The notes under the pieces are model-generated. The model saw nothing but the letters and a program-made list of their open reading frames with translations. It did not search any database and was not told the DNA's origin. Positions 20,497 to 32,479 of a stretch of DNA of 64,000 bases are shown here, piece after piece. A program made the translations under genes and the position numbers. This stretch comes from an uncultured delta proteobacterium. GTDB lineage: Bacteria > Desulfobacterota > RBG-13-43-22. How positions within the stretch are numbered: the stretch's first letter is position 1; every line of letters starts with the position of its first letter. The stretch is from positions 237,552-301,551 of the forward strand of contig CAVUPH010000007.1 of NCBI GenBank assembly GCA_963743305.1, given 5' to 3'.

Positions 20497-20947
20497 ATAT
20501 CCAATATCCAACAAGGAATTTCCAAGGATGAAGGGAACGATATTTGATCTACAGGACCGGCTTATTGATTTTGCGGTAAGAATTATAAGACTTTCCGAAG
20601 TGATTCCGGAAAGCAAAGCCGGCAAACATATCGGTACGCAACTGTTGAGAAGCGGCACATCACCGGCCCCAAACTATGGAGAGGCGCAAAGTGCTGAATC
20701 AAAAGCTGATTTCATCCACAAGCTCAAAATTGCGCTGAAAGAACTGCGTGAAACCGAGATTTGGCTGAAGATCATCATCCGGGCGGAATTAGTCAAACCT
20801 TCGAGACCAACTCGCCCCATTGCTAAAGGAGACGGATGAGCTGATCTCAATATTGTTTAAGAGTGTGGAGACGGCTAAAAAAAACAAGGAGCGAAAATGA
20901 ATCCACTACTTGGACGTTGGATATTCCTTGTTGGATATTGGATATTC
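20495..20947 (+). mobile_element. Four-helix-bundle cassette bounded by 31-bp inverted heptamer arms
   Basis: Left 20495-20525 GAATATCCAATATCCAACAAGGAATTTCCAA; the reverse complement of right 20917-20947 is identical at 30/31 positions. Mobility is inferred. Confidence 0.7.
20528..20900 (+). CDS. Four helix bundle protein (TIGR02436 / 23S rRNA-IVP family); +1 indel near 20800
   Basis: DLQDRLIDFA, QLLRSGTSPAPNYGEAQSAESKADFIHKLKIALKELRETEIWL. The C-terminal helix LLKETDELISILFKSVETAKKNKERK* is in the next frame. Confidence 0.88.
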
Positions 20948-20977
20948 GAAAGGATAATAGGCTAAGGAGGTACCCGG

Positions 20978-23900
20978 ATGGCCGTAACGAAAAAAGCTGA
21001 GGCCAAGGAAAAGAAAAAGGAGGTCCAGCGTAGGCCGGCCAAGGGAAAGCCGGCTCCCCCATTGAACCTGGAACCGGAGAAGGGCTTTCCCGTCGTCGGC
21101 ATCGGCGCCTCCGCCGGAGGGCTGGCCGCCTTTGAGGCCTTCTTCTCCGCCATGCCCGCCGACGTCGATCCCGGCATGGCCTTTGTCCTGGTGCAACACC
21201 TGGCCCCGGACCACAAGAGCATACTCACCGACCTGATTAAACGCTATACCCGGATGCAGGTCTATGAGGTCGAAGACGGGATGGAAGTCCGACCCAACTG
21301 CGCCTACATCATACCGCCCAACCGGGATATGGCCTTTCTGCACGGTCGACTCTATCTGAGCGAGCCGCTGAAGGCCCGGGGCCTGCGTTTGCCCATCGAT
21401 TTTTTCTTCCGCTCCCTGGCCCAGGACCAGCACGAGCGGGCTATCTGCATCGTACTCTCCGGCACCGGCAGCGACGGCACACTGGGCGTGCGGGCGATCA
21501 AGGGTGAGGGCGGCATGGTCATGGTGCAGAACCCCGAATCCACGCCCTACGACGGCATGCCGCGCAGCGCCATTGCCACCGGCCTGGTGGACTTTGTTCT
21601 GCCGTCGGCGGAGATGCCCGCCCATCTCCTGGCCTATGTGGGACGGGTCTTCGGCCAGCCTTTTCGGCCGGTAACTGCCCCGGAACCCAAGGCCGAGAGC
21701 ACGCTGAAGAAGATTTTCATCCTCTTGCGCGCCCAGACCGGTCACGATTTTTCCCTTTACAAGCCGAATACCATCAACCGCCGGATCGAAAGGCGCATGG
21801 CCGTTCACCAGATCGAAAAGATGAGCGATTATCTGCGCTATCTGCAACAGAATTCAGCGGAGGTGGTGGGGCTTTTTCGCGATCTTTTAATCGGGGTAAC
21901 CAATTTTTTCCGTGACCCGGAAGCCTTTACGACGCTGGAACAGCAAATCATCCCCCGGCTTTTTTCCGGTAAACCCGCGGGCGCCCTGATTCGCGTCTGG
22001 GTACCCGGATGCTCTACCGGCGAGGAGGCCTATTCTCTCGGGATTCTCCTTCAGGAGTACCAGGAAACGCTCAAGCAAAGGTTCAAACTCCAGGTCTTCG
22101 CCACCGACATTGACGGCCAGGCTATTGGTACGGCCCGCGCCGGCCTCTATCCCGCCAGCATCGCCTCCGACGTCACCCCGGAACGGCTGGCCCGGTTTTT
22201 CGTCCAGGAATCCGATAGCAGCGCCTACCGGGTTCACAAAGGCATCCGCGACCTGATGATTTTTTCCGAGCAGGACGTGATCAAAGATCCGCCCTTCTCT
22301 AGACTCGATCTGATCAGTTGCCGCAATCTCTTGATCTATATGAGTGGGGAACTGCAGCAGAAAATTATTCCGCTGTTTCACTATGCGTTGAATCCGGGCG
22401 GGTTTCTCTTCCTGGGCACTTCCGAGACCGTAGGGGAATACGCGAACCTTTTTGCCGCGCTGGATCGTAAATGGAAGCTGTATCAACGCCGGGAGGAATT
22501 CTCCGGCCTCCACCGTCCGGATATGAGCCGATTTCTCCCGGCCCATTTAGAGGCAGGCCTTATCCCCCGGGCCGCGGGAAAGGCTTTGGGGGACCATAAG
22601 GAGCCTCTGCGGAAATTGACCGAACGCGTGCTGCTGCAGCAATACGCCCCGGTGGGAGCGCTGGTCAACGAGCGTGGCGACATTCTTTACCTTCACGGCC
22701 GCACCGGCCGGTACCTGGAACCAGCCCCGGGCGAGGCCGGGATTAACAATATTTTGAAAATGGCCCGCGAAGGACTGCGGCGCGAACTAACCACCGCCCT
22801 GCATCAAGCCGCAGCGGGTCTCGAAATCGTGCGCTGCGCGGACCTGCGCGTCAAAACCAACGGGGAGGTCACCAGGGTCCAGGTAACGGTTCGGCCGGTG
22901 CCCGTGACCCCGAACATCGTCTTGTCGGCCGGGCCGGAAAAGCCCGGCGCCGGTCCGAACCTGTTTCTGATTATTTTCGAGGAACCGCCGGAAAGGGTCA
23001 GCGAGGGGCCTGAAAAGCCCGGTCCCGCAGCCGCCGGACCGGTTGCGCCCGAGAACGCCCCGGACACGGACGCGCGAATCGCGGCCTTGAAGCAGGAGCT
23101 GCAGGCCAAGGAGGAATACCTTCAGTCCACCAATGAGGAACTGGAGACTTCCAATGAAGAGCTCAAATCGACCAACGAGGAGATGCAGTCCGTCAACGAG
23201 GAACTGCAATCCACCAACGAGGAGCTGGAGACCTCCAAGGAAGAGCTGCAATCGGTCAACGAAGAGCTGGCTACCGTCAACGCCGAGCTGCAGACCAAGG
23301 TGGTGGACCTATCGCGGGCCAACAACGATATGAACAACCTGCTGGCCGGCACGGGCATCGGGACTATCTTCGTCGACCATCAACTGCGCATCCTCAGTTT
23401 TACCCCCGCCGTAACCCAGGTGATCAACCTGATCCTGACCGACGTGGGTCGTCCGGTGGGACATATCGTCTCCAACCTGACGGGCTACGACCATCTGGTG
23501 GCGGACGTGCAGTCCGTGCTGGATACCCTGGTGCCCAAAGAGGTCGAAGTGCAGACTCGGACGGGCGACTGGTTTCAGTTGCATATCCGGCCCTATCGTA
23601 CGCTGGAAAACGTGATCGAGGGGGCGGTGATCACCTTTACCGGAATTACCCTATTGAAAAGGGCGGAGGCCGCTCTGCGGGATTCCGAGGCCCTGCGCCG
23701 CCTGGCCGTGGTGGTCCGCGACTCCCAGGAGGCCATCACCGTGCAGGATTTTGACGGCCGCATTCTGGCCTGGAACCCGGCGGCGGAAAGGATGTACGGT
23801 TGGAGCGAGGCGGAAGCCCTGACTATGAATGTCGGAGCCCTGGTCCCCAAGGGGCGGCGCAAGGAAGCGCTGGGCCATTTGCGGCAGCTTAGCGGAGCTG

Positions 23901-24037
23901 AGGGGCCTGGGCCTATTCGCGCGGAGCGTTTGACCAAAGACGGCCAAATAATAGCCGTCTGGCTGACGGCCACCGCCCTGGTCAATGACTCCGGGGTGCC
24001 CTACGCCGTATCGACCACGGAAAGAAAGATCCGTTAG
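20978..24037 (+). CDS. CheB methylesterase / CheR methyltransferase fusion with coiled coil and PAS domains
   Basis: [21 protein letters not shown] (CheB); [33 protein letters not shown] (CheR); [10 protein letters not shown] heptads; C-terminal PAS. Confidence 0.93.
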   Translation: MAVTKKAEAKEKKKEVQRRPAKGKPAPPLNLEPEKGFPVVGIGASAGGLAAFEAFFSAMPADVDPGMAFVLVQHLAPDHKSILTDLIKRYTRMQVYEVEDGMEVRPNCAYIIPPNRDMAFLHGRLYLSEPLKARGLRLPIDFFFRSLAQDQHERAICIVLSGTGSDGTLGVRAIKGEGGMVMVQNPESTPYDGMPRSAIATGLVDFVLPSAEMPAHLLAYVGRVFGQPFRPVTAPEPKAESTLKKIFILLRAQTGHDFSLYKPNTINRRIERRMAVHQIEKMSDYLRYLQQNSAEVVGLFRDLLIGVTNFFRDPEAFTTLEQQIIPRLFSGKPAGALIRVWVPGCSTGEEAYSLGILLQEYQETLKQRFKLQVFATDIDGQAIGTARAGLYPASIASDVTPERLARFFVQESDSSAYRVHKGIRDLMIFSEQDVIKDPPFSRLDLISCRNLLIYMSGELQQKIIPLFHYALNPGGFLFLGTSETVGEYANLFAALDRKWKLYQRREEFSGLHRPDMSRFLPAHLEAGLIPRAAGKALGDHKEPLRKLTERVLLQQYAPVGALVNERGDILYLHGRTGRYLEPAPGEAGINNILKMAREGLRRELTTALHQAAAGLEIVRCADLRVKTNGEVTRVQVTVRPVPVTPNIVLSAGPEKPGAGPNLFLIIFEEPPERVSEGPEKPGPAAAGPVAPENAPDTDARIAALKQELQAKEEYLQSTNEELETSNEELKSTNEEMQSVNEELQSTNEELETSKEELQSVNEELATVNAELQTKVVDLSRANNDMNNLLAGTGIGTIFVDHQLRILSFTPAVTQVINLILTDVGRPVGHIVSNLTGYDHLVADVQSVLDTLVPKEVEVQTRTGDWFQLHIRPYRTLENVIEGAVITFTGITLLKRAEAALRDSEALRRLAVVVRDSQEAITVQDFDGRILAWNPAAERMYGWSEAEALTMNVGALVPKGRRKEALGHLRQLSGAEGPGPIRAERLTKDGQIIAVWLTATALVNDSGVPYAVSTTERKIR

Positions 24038-24793
24038 TGAAAGGGGTCTGATCCTGGAGGCCAATCTCACGGTGGCCAAACTCTTGGGTCAGGCCAGAAG
24101 CCGACTGTTCAAACAGCCCTTGACCCGTTTTATCCTTCCCGAAGACCAGGACATCTATTACCGGCACCGCAAGCTTCTTTGGGAAAAGGGTGCGCGTCAA
24201 GTGTGCGAGATGAGAATGCTGAAAACGGACGGCAGCGAATTCTGGGTGCGCCTGGATGCGGAAGCCGCTCGGGACGCTGACGGATCGTATTTTTGCCGTG
24301 CCGCCTTGATCGACATTACCCTGAGCAACCGGACGGAGCGGGCCCTCCTGAGAAGCGAGTCCAACGCCGGAGTGGGGACCGTCACCATCGAGATGGCTAA
24401 CGTTACCCTGGATGAGCGCTATGCCCGGTGCTATCCCGATGTCACCCCCGGGGATTACGTGCTCCTGACCGTGAGCGATTCAGGCTGCGGTAGGGACGGG
24501 GAGACGCTGGAGCGGATCTTCGAACCCTTTTTCACCACCAAGGCCGAAGGGCAGGGGACCGGGCTGGGACTGTCCACCTGCTGACCGATGTGATCATGCC
24601 CCACATGACCGGCCCGGAACTGAAAGCGCGGGTGGAGGCGCTTCATCCGGGGATCAAGACGGTGTTCATGTCCGGCTACACGGCCGACGTGATCGCCCAA
24701 CGGGGACTTCTGGATAAAGGGTTGGCCTTTATTCAAAAACCTTACACCGTCCAGGATCTAGCCGGGATGGTGCGGAAGGCGTTGGATGGGTAG
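24038..24793 (+). pseudogene. Deletion-mosaic paralog of the 13187-16669 kinase
   Basis: Consecutive blocks match about 14104-14386, 14750-14801, 15946-16158 and 16455-16669; the H-box is missing. Confidence 0.85.
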
Positions 24794-24863
24794 GCATGAA
24801 ACGTTCGGCGTTGGGCGTTCGGCGATCGGCGTGGGAAGGAAGAGTTCAGGGGGAAAGGGAGTC

Positions 24864-25009
24864 GAATATCCAATATCCAACAAGGAATTGCCAATGATGA
24901 AGGAAAGAATTGTTGATCTACAGGTCCGGAGCGATGATTTCATGGAGGATGCCAGGAAAAACAAAGCCCGAGGGTGAACCACTATTTGGGTCTTGGATAT
25001 TGGATATTC
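24864..25009 (+). mobile_element. Second mini-copy of the four-helix cassette
   Basis: Near-identical to 16741-16900; mini-ORF 24894-24977; right arm is 14 bp shorter. Confidence 0.8.
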
Positions 25010-25035
25010 AAAGGATCATAGTGCCGGGAGAAGAA

Positions 25036-25150
25036 GTGTGTGAGTGTGTGGGGGTGTGAGTATGTGGGAAAGGAAAAGCCTTGGTTACTCACATACTCAC
25101 ACACTCAAATACTGTTTTCATAGGCCCACATACGCACCTACTCACGCACA
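25036..25150. repeat. Inverted octamer-array element
   Basis: GTGTGTGAGTGTGTGGGGGTGTGAGTATGTGG ... CTCACATACTCACACACTCAAATAC ... CCCACATACGCACCTACTCACGCAC. Confidence 0.75.
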
Positions 25151-25154
25151 GTCT

Positions 25155-25514
25155 TTAACTGGGCATTTGTCCCAAGAGTTGACGGACGGTAAAGATGAAA
25201 TCCCCGGGCTTTTGAACCCGGATAGAATTGGATTTTGGAAAATAGTGCCGGGTATTAAAGGATATCAGGTAGGAACAATTTTCTTGAATAGCCGCGACGA
25301 GTAAGGGGAGGTCTTTGGGGTCAGCCTCAGAGGAATGGGCGCGCAGGTCGCCGGGCGTCGGGTCGGAAATCACCCTCAAACACCGACTGACCAGCAGCCG
25401 AAACTCCGTGAGCTTAGCAGGGATTTTTTTCTCCAGGTTTCTTTCCACTTCCGTTATGGCTTGCTGGGAAGTGACGCAATCCAACAAAGTCAATTCTCCC
25501 ATCCTCAGCAGCAT
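25155..25514 (-). pseudogene. PIN-domain protein lacking its first strand and catalytic Asp
   Basis: TSQQAITEVERNL..DPKDLPLLVAA..LISFNTRHY; no N-terminal FxD motif. Confidence 0.6.
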
Positions 25515-25598
25515 ATACCTCTTTTCCTGAAAATCTGTTTAATCAGTTTTACTGATTCTATGGCTAAGGGATAAGGGAATGGCATATTATTGCATTGA

Positions 25599-27632
<2,034 letters not shown>

Positions 27633-27711
27633 AGAAGAGGGAGAGAGGGAAAGAGGGGAGAAAAAAACATAGTTCAACTTTCGTTGAATTGCCCAAAAAC
27701 AAAAAAAAATC

Positions 27712-27808
27712 GAATACCCAATATCCAACAAGGAATATCCAATGATGAAGGAAAAAGCCTTCAACTTGCTGGCCTGTAGCAAATAGGGAAAGCAAAGCCG
27801 GCAAACAT
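27712..27808 (+). pseudogene. Left arm plus remnant of the four-helix-bundle gene
   Basis: Arm GAATACCCAATATCCAACAAGGAATATCCAA, then ATGATGAAGG; 22 bp at 27787-27808 are identical to 20608-20629. Confidence 0.78.
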
Positions 27809-27852
27809 GATGTTTGCAAAATAAGTCCCCTTTCGTAATAAGGAGCGCGCTT

Positions 27853-28134
27853 ATGGGAAAGATATCGGCCCAGGTAGTCGTTCACGGCTGGGTGCAGGGG
27901 GTCTATTTCCGGGCCTCTGTCCGGGATCAGGCCAGGGCGCTGGGATTGGCGGGGTGGGTCATGAACCGGCGGGATGGAACGGTGGAGGCCTTTCTGGAAG
28001 GAGAAAAACCGAAGATTGAACAAATGGTCGCTTGGTGCCGGCAGGGCCCCCCATCGGCCCGGGTCGATCGGGTTGAGGTTCGGTACGGAGAATTTCACGG
28101 TGAAGGGGAGGGCTTTGAGGTCCGTTATCGATGA
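27853..28134 (+). CDS. acyP: Acylphosphatase
   Basis: GWVQGVYFR, GWVMNRRDGTVE, GPPSARV; AGGAG SD. Confidence 0.93.
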   Translation: MGKISAQVVVHGWVQGVYFRASVRDQARALGLAGWVMNRRDGTVEAFLEGEKPKIEQMVAWCRQGPPSARVDRVEVRYGEFHGEGEGFEVRYR

Positions 28135-28145
28135 TTAAATAGTTA

Positions 28146-28174
28146 TTGACTCCGGAGAAGCAATTTAGTAATAT
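28146..28174 (+). promoter_or_regulatory. Putative sigma70 promoter of the thrS operon
   Basis: TTGACT-17 bp-TAATAT. Confidence 0.55.
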
Positions 28175-28216
28175 TACCGTTTATTTAATTTATTCTAGAA
28201 TCTCCAAGGAAGCTAA

Positions 28217-30133
28217 GTGGAAGAAATTCAAATAGTTTTTCCTGATCAGGCCCAGCGTTCCTTTCCTGCCGGTACCACAGCGGTTCAGGCCCTGGCGGCC
28301 TGGCAAAAAAGCTCCTTGAAGGGGAGTGTGGCCGCCCGGTTAAATGGCCAGTTAATCGACCTGGCTCGTCCTTTGGCTTCAGGGGGGGAATTGACCCCGG
28401 TAGGGGAAAACACCCCGGAAGGTCTGGATATCCTGCGGCATTCCACTTCGCACCTGATGGCCCAGGCCGTAAAAGAACTTTTCCCAGAGGCCAAGCCGGC
28501 CATCGGTCCAGCTATTGAACAGGGATTTTATTACGATTTTGAAACGAAGACCCCTTTTGTGCCCGAAGATCTGACTCGGATTGAAGAGCGGATGCAGGTC
28601 TTGAGCAAGTCCAGGATCCCGATTACCCGGGAAGAGATGCCTCGAGAGGAGGCCATCGCTTATTTTAAATTCCGAGATGAACCCTATAAGGTGGATTTGC
28701 TGGAGGGGCTGGAGGAGGCCCCGGTTTCCCTTTACCGGCAGGGAGATTTTGTGGATCTTTGCCGGGGGCCGCACCTGTCTTCGTCGGGGGATATCCGTTT
28801 TTTCAAATTAACCCAAGTGGCCGGGGCCTACTGGAGGGGGGATGAGCGGAATCCCATGCTCCAGCGGATTTACGGGACCGCCTTTTTCAATAAGAAGGAA
28901 TTGGACGAACATCTTCACCGTCTGGAGGAAGCCAAGCGCCGGGACCACCGCCGCCTGGGGCGGGAATTGGACTTGTTCAGCATTCACGACGAAGTCGGAC
29001 CGGGGCTGGTCATCTATCATCCCAAGGGGGCCTTGTTGCGGCACATTTTGGAGGACTTCGAGAAGAAAGAACATCTGAAGCGGGGCTATGAGCTGGTCGT
29101 TGGGCCCCAGATCCTCCGCACCGAGCTTTGGAAAAAATCCGGGCATTATGAGAATTACCGGGATTTTATGTATTTTACCGAGATTGACGGGCAGTCCTAC
29201 GGGATCAAACCCATGAACTGCCTGGCCCATATGATGATCTATAAGACCAAAGTCCGCAGTTACCGGGACCTGCCCAAACGCTATTTTGAACTGGGCACCG
29301 TTCACCGCCACGAAAAATCCGGGGTGCTGCACGGCCTGATGCGGGTGCGGCAGTTTACCCAGGATGACGCTCATATACTCTGCACCCCGGATCAGCTTCA
29401 GGATGAGATCCGAGGCGTGTTGAATTTTGTGGCCGAGGTGATGCAGATCTTCGGTTTTCCTTTTGAGGTGGAAGTCAGCACCCGACCGGAAAAATCCATC
29501 GGTTCCGATCTGGATTGGGAACGGGCCACCGAGGCCTTGACCCAGGCCTTGAAGGACAACGGCTTGGAATACTCGGTCTCGGCCGGGGAAGGGGCCTTTT
29601 ACGGTCCCAAGATCGACATCAAGCTCAAAGACGCCCTGGATCGGCGCTGGCAGTGCGCCACTATTCAGTGCGATTTTACCCTCCCGGAGCGGTTTGACCT
29701 GGCCTACATCGGCCCCGATGGAGAACGGCATCGGCCGGTCATGTTGCACCGGGTTATCCTGGGGGCCATTGAACGCTTCCTGGGGGTGTTGATAGAACAT
29801 TACGGCGGGGCCTTCCCGGTCTGGCTGGCCCCGGTGCAGGCCGTCGTCCTTTCGGTCACCGACCGGTCCAGCGCATACAGCCGCGAGGTCCACCAGGAAC
29901 TATTGAAAGCCGGGGTGCGCTCGGAGCTGGATAACCGCAACGAGAAATTGGGGCTTAAAGTCAGGGAGGCGCAGCTTCAGAAAATCCCTTACATGGTCGT
30001 GGTCGGCGACAAGGAAGCGGAAGAAAAGACGGTCAGTCCCCGGGCCCGAAGCGGCGAAAATTTGGGGGCCATGGATCCGGCGGCTTTTATTCGGAAAGTG
30101 CAAGCCGAATCCGTCCCGGGCTTTAAAGAGTAA
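28217..30133 (+). CDS. thrS: Threonyl-tRNA synthetase
   Basis: TGS domain, RHSTSHL, DLCRGPH, GAYWRG, RDHR, KPMNC, GAFYGPK. Confidence 0.98.
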   Translation: MEEIQIVFPDQAQRSFPAGTTAVQALAAWQKSSLKGSVAARLNGQLIDLARPLASGGELTPVGENTPEGLDILRHSTSHLMAQAVKELFPEAKPAIGPAIEQGFYYDFETKTPFVPEDLTRIEERMQVLSKSRIPITREEMPREEAIAYFKFRDEPYKVDLLEGLEEAPVSLYRQGDFVDLCRGPHLSSSGDIRFFKLTQVAGAYWRGDERNPMLQRIYGTAFFNKKELDEHLHRLEEAKRRDHRRLGRELDLFSIHDEVGPGLVIYHPKGALLRHILEDFEKKEHLKRGYELVVGPQILRTELWKKSGHYENYRDFMYFTEIDGQSYGIKPMNCLAHMMIYKTKVRSYRDLPKRYFELGTVHRHEKSGVLHGLMRVRQFTQDDAHILCTPDQLQDEIRGVLNFVAEVMQIFGFPFEVEVSTRPEKSIGSDLDWERATEALTQALKDNGLEYSVSAGEGAFYGPKIDIKLKDALDRRWQCATIQCDFTLPERFDLAYIGPDGERHRPVMLHRVILGAIERFLGVLIEHYGGAFPVWLAPVQAVVLSVTDRSSAYSREVHQELLKAGVRSELDNRNEKLGLKVREAQLQKIPYMVVVGDKEAEEKTVSPRARSGENLGAMDPAAFIRKVQAESVPGFKE

Positions 30134-30187
30134 TAGGCGTGATGGAGATTCTTGTTTGGATTTATTAAATTATAAGGAGGTGGTTTT

Positions 30188-30694
30188 ATAAGCAAGTCTG
30201 CCAACGTAAACTCGGAGATCAGGGCGGCGAATGTCCGAGTCATCGCCGAGGATGGGAGCCAATTGGGGATCTTTTCCATAGCCCAGGCTTTAGCCCTGGC
30301 TAAGGAAGGGGCTTTGGATTTGGTAGAAGTGGCGCCGAATCTGGACCCGCCCGTATGTCGAATCATGGATTATGGCAAGTATCGGTACCAGCAGACCAAG
30401 AAAGTCCATGAAGCCAAAAAAAAGCGGACCATCATCCAAGTCAAAGAAGTCAAGATTCGACCGAAAACCGAGGAACACGATTATCAGTTCAAGCTGAGGA
30501 ATATTCGCAAGTTTTTAACCAAGAAAAATAAAACCAAAGTTTTCCTTCTTTTCCGCGGCCGTGAACTCCAATATGTGGAGGCGGCCAAAAACGTGTTATT
30601 ACGCATTGTCGAGGAAACGAAGGATTTGGCCGTGGTCGAGCAGAACCCCAAGCTGGAAGGCCGGAATATGACCATGGTCCTCAGCCCGAAGTAA
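30188..30694 (+). CDS. infC: Translation initiation factor IF-3 (non-canonical ATA start)
   Basis: AAGGAGGT SD, then in-frame ATA 30188; DLVEVAP..PPVCRIMDYGK, KEVKIRP. Confidence 0.95.
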   Translation: MSKSANVNSEIRAANVRVIAEDGSQLGIFSIAQALALAKEGALDLVEVAPNLDPPVCRIMDYGKYRYQQTKKVHEAKKKRTIIQVKEVKIRPKTEEHDYQFKLRNIRKFLTKKNKTKVFLLFRGRELQYVEAAKNVLLRIVEETKDLAVVEQNPKLEGRNMTMVLSPK

Positions 30695-30773
30695 TTCCGA
30701 GCCGCACTCTAAAACCCGGTGAACAGGGGAGGGGAAGTATTTTTTTAGGCCCCAGGCCTCAAGGAGAATTATT

Positions 30774-30971
30774 ATGCCCAAGATGAAATCCAACCGTGGG
30801 GCTGCCAAGCGTTTTAAGATAACCGGCACGGGGAAGGTCGCCCGGTCCAAGGCTTTCGGCAGCCATATCTTGACCAGTAAAACCCGTAAACGGAAGAGAA
30901 AGCTCCGCAAAGGGGCGTTAGTCAGCAAGGCCAACAGTCGAGCCTTGAAAAGAATGTTACCGTATAGCTGA
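30774..30971 (+). CDS. rpmI: 50S ribosomal protein L35
   Basis: [20 protein letters not shown]. Confidence 0.98.
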   Translation: MPKMKSNRGAAKRFKITGTGKVARSKAFGSHILTSKTRKRKRKLRKGALVSKANSRALKRMLPYS

Positions 30972-30995
30972 TTTCAAATTTTGAGGTGAACGAAA

Positions 30996-31346
30996 ATGCC
31001 CAGAGTAAAAAGGGGCTTCAAAGCCCGTCGACGCCGAAACAAAACACTTAAGATGGCCAAAGGGTATCGGGGGGCTCGCAGTCGCCTGTACAAAACCGCT
31101 ACCGAGGCTGTAGATCGCGCCCTGAAGTATGCTTACCGGGACCGCCGAGTCCGCAAACGGGAAATGCGAGGCCTGTGGATCGTCCGGATCAGCGCCGCCG
31201 TCAAGCAGCACGGCCTATCCTATAGCCGCTTCATCGGCGACTTGAAAAAGGCCAATATCGCTTTAGACCGCAAGGTTCTTTCCGAGATGGCCATTCACGA
31301 CCCCGACCGGTTCAGCCAGTTAATCAAAATGGTTCCCCAGGCGTAA
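30996..31346 (+). CDS. rplT: 50S ribosomal protein L20
   Basis: MPRVKRG..AKGYRG..YAYRDRR..LWIVRI. Confidence 0.98.
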   Translation: MPRVKRGFKARRRRNKTLKMAKGYRGARSRLYKTATEAVDRALKYAYRDRRVRKREMRGLWIVRISAAVKQHGLSYSRFIGDLKKANIALDRKVLSEMAIHDPDRFSQLIKMVPQA

Positions 31347-31401
31347 GGTCGGATCCCTCGGGGGTCGACTCGCCGATTTCAATCGCTTCTGAAATCCGCC
31401 C

Positions 31402-32412
31402 ATGTTAAATCGTTTGAAAGTCCTGGAAGAGGCCGTCCGGGCCGCCTTGCCCCGTTTGGAAAGGCGCGCCGATATTGAGGCTCTGCAGTTCAAGACCCTG
31501 GGCCGTAAAGGGGAATTGAACCAGATTATGCGGGATCTGGGGAGCTTGTCTCCGGAAGAACGGCCGGTTGTAGGCCAGGAGGCCAATAGGATCAAGGGGG
31601 AATTGGAGCGTCTCTTCGAGGGGGCCAAAATTTCCCTGGATTCAGGTGTGAAGGAAGAGTCCTTTTCGGGGATCGATTGGAGCCTGCCCGGTCGGAGGGG
31701 TTTTCGTGGCCGGAGGCATCCCCTGACCCAGGTCCTGGACGAGATCTGCGGCATCTTTTCCCGGCTGAACTTCGAAGTGGTTGAAGGGCCGGAAATAGAG
31801 GTGGACTATTATAATTTCGAAGCCTTGAATATTCCCCCGGACCATCCGGCCCGAGACATGCAGGATACCTTCTACCTCACCGATACCCTGCTTCTCCGCA
31901 CTCAAACCTCTCCCATGCAGGTGCGGGTCATGGAAAAACGGAAACCCCCAGTACAAATCATCTCCCCGGGCAAGGTTTATCGGCGGGATTCGGATATATC
32001 CCATTCCCCTATGTTTCACCAGGTGGAAGGGTTGATGGTGGGTGCGGGGATCAGCTTCGGGGACCTAAAGGGGATTCTGACCTTGTTCGTTCAGCGGATG
32101 TTCGGAGAGGAGACCCCGCTGCGCTTTCGCCCCAGCTTTTTTCCTTTTACCGAGCCCAGCGCGGAGGTAGACATCGGTTGTGTGCTCTGTCGGGGTGCCG
32201 GCTGCCGTCTCTGTTCCCAGACCGGCTGGCTGGAGATTTTGGGCTCGGGAATGGTCGACCCGGAGGTCTACCGCTTTGTGAATTATGACCCGGATGTCGT
32301 CAGCGGGTTTGCCTTTGGTCTGGGGGTGGAACGGATTGCCATGCTCAAGTACGGCATCGACGATATCCGACTGTTCTATGAGAATGACCAGCGATTTCTG
32401 AAGCAATTCTGA
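31402..32412 (+). CDS. pheS: Phenylalanyl-tRNA synthetase alpha subunit
   Basis: [38 protein letters not shown]. Confidence 0.98.
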   Translation: MLNRLKVLEEAVRAALPRLERRADIEALQFKTLGRKGELNQIMRDLGSLSPEERPVVGQEANRIKGELERLFEGAKISLDSGVKEESFSGIDWSLPGRRGFRGRRHPLTQVLDEICGIFSRLNFEVVEGPEIEVDYYNFEALNIPPDHPARDMQDTFYLTDTLLLRTQTSPMQVRVMEKRKPPVQIISPGKVYRRDSDISHSPMFHQVEGLMVGAGISFGDLKGILTLFVQRMFGEETPLRFRPSFFPFTEPSAEVDIGCVLCRGAGCRLCSQTGWLEILGSGMVDPEVYRFVNYDPDVVSGFAFGLGVERIAMLKYGIDDIRLFYENDQRFLKQF

Positions 32413-32444
32413 TGAGATCCTTAGCGTTTCCAAATAACCTATCC

Positions 32445-32471
32445 CCTCGCGCCTTGCGCCTTACGCCTTAC
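32445..32471. repeat. Single heptamer arm (CCTTGCG family) between pheS and pheT
   Basis: CCTCGCG CCTTGCG CCTTACG CCTTAC. Confidence 0.6.
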
Positions 32472-32479
32472 TTCGACAG

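Noticed and set aside
1970-20900. Programmed frameshifting or phase variation in cobU, cobS, the PP2C gene, the 19155 kinase and the four-helix gene
   Set aside because: Each is a single extra base, mostly in short homopolymers, in otherwise intact genes with no slippery heptamer or stimulatory structure seen. Sequencing or assembly indels are the simpler explanation; read mapping would settle it.
20528-20900. Diversity-generating retroelement or 23S rRNA intervening sequence
   Set aside because: No reverse transcriptase, no TR/VR pair with adenine-specific mismatches noticed, and no rRNA sequence flanks the gene.
23122-23290. 21-bp periodic DNA repeat as a separate element
   Set aside because: It encodes the EELQSTN heptads of the CheB/CheR coiled coil.
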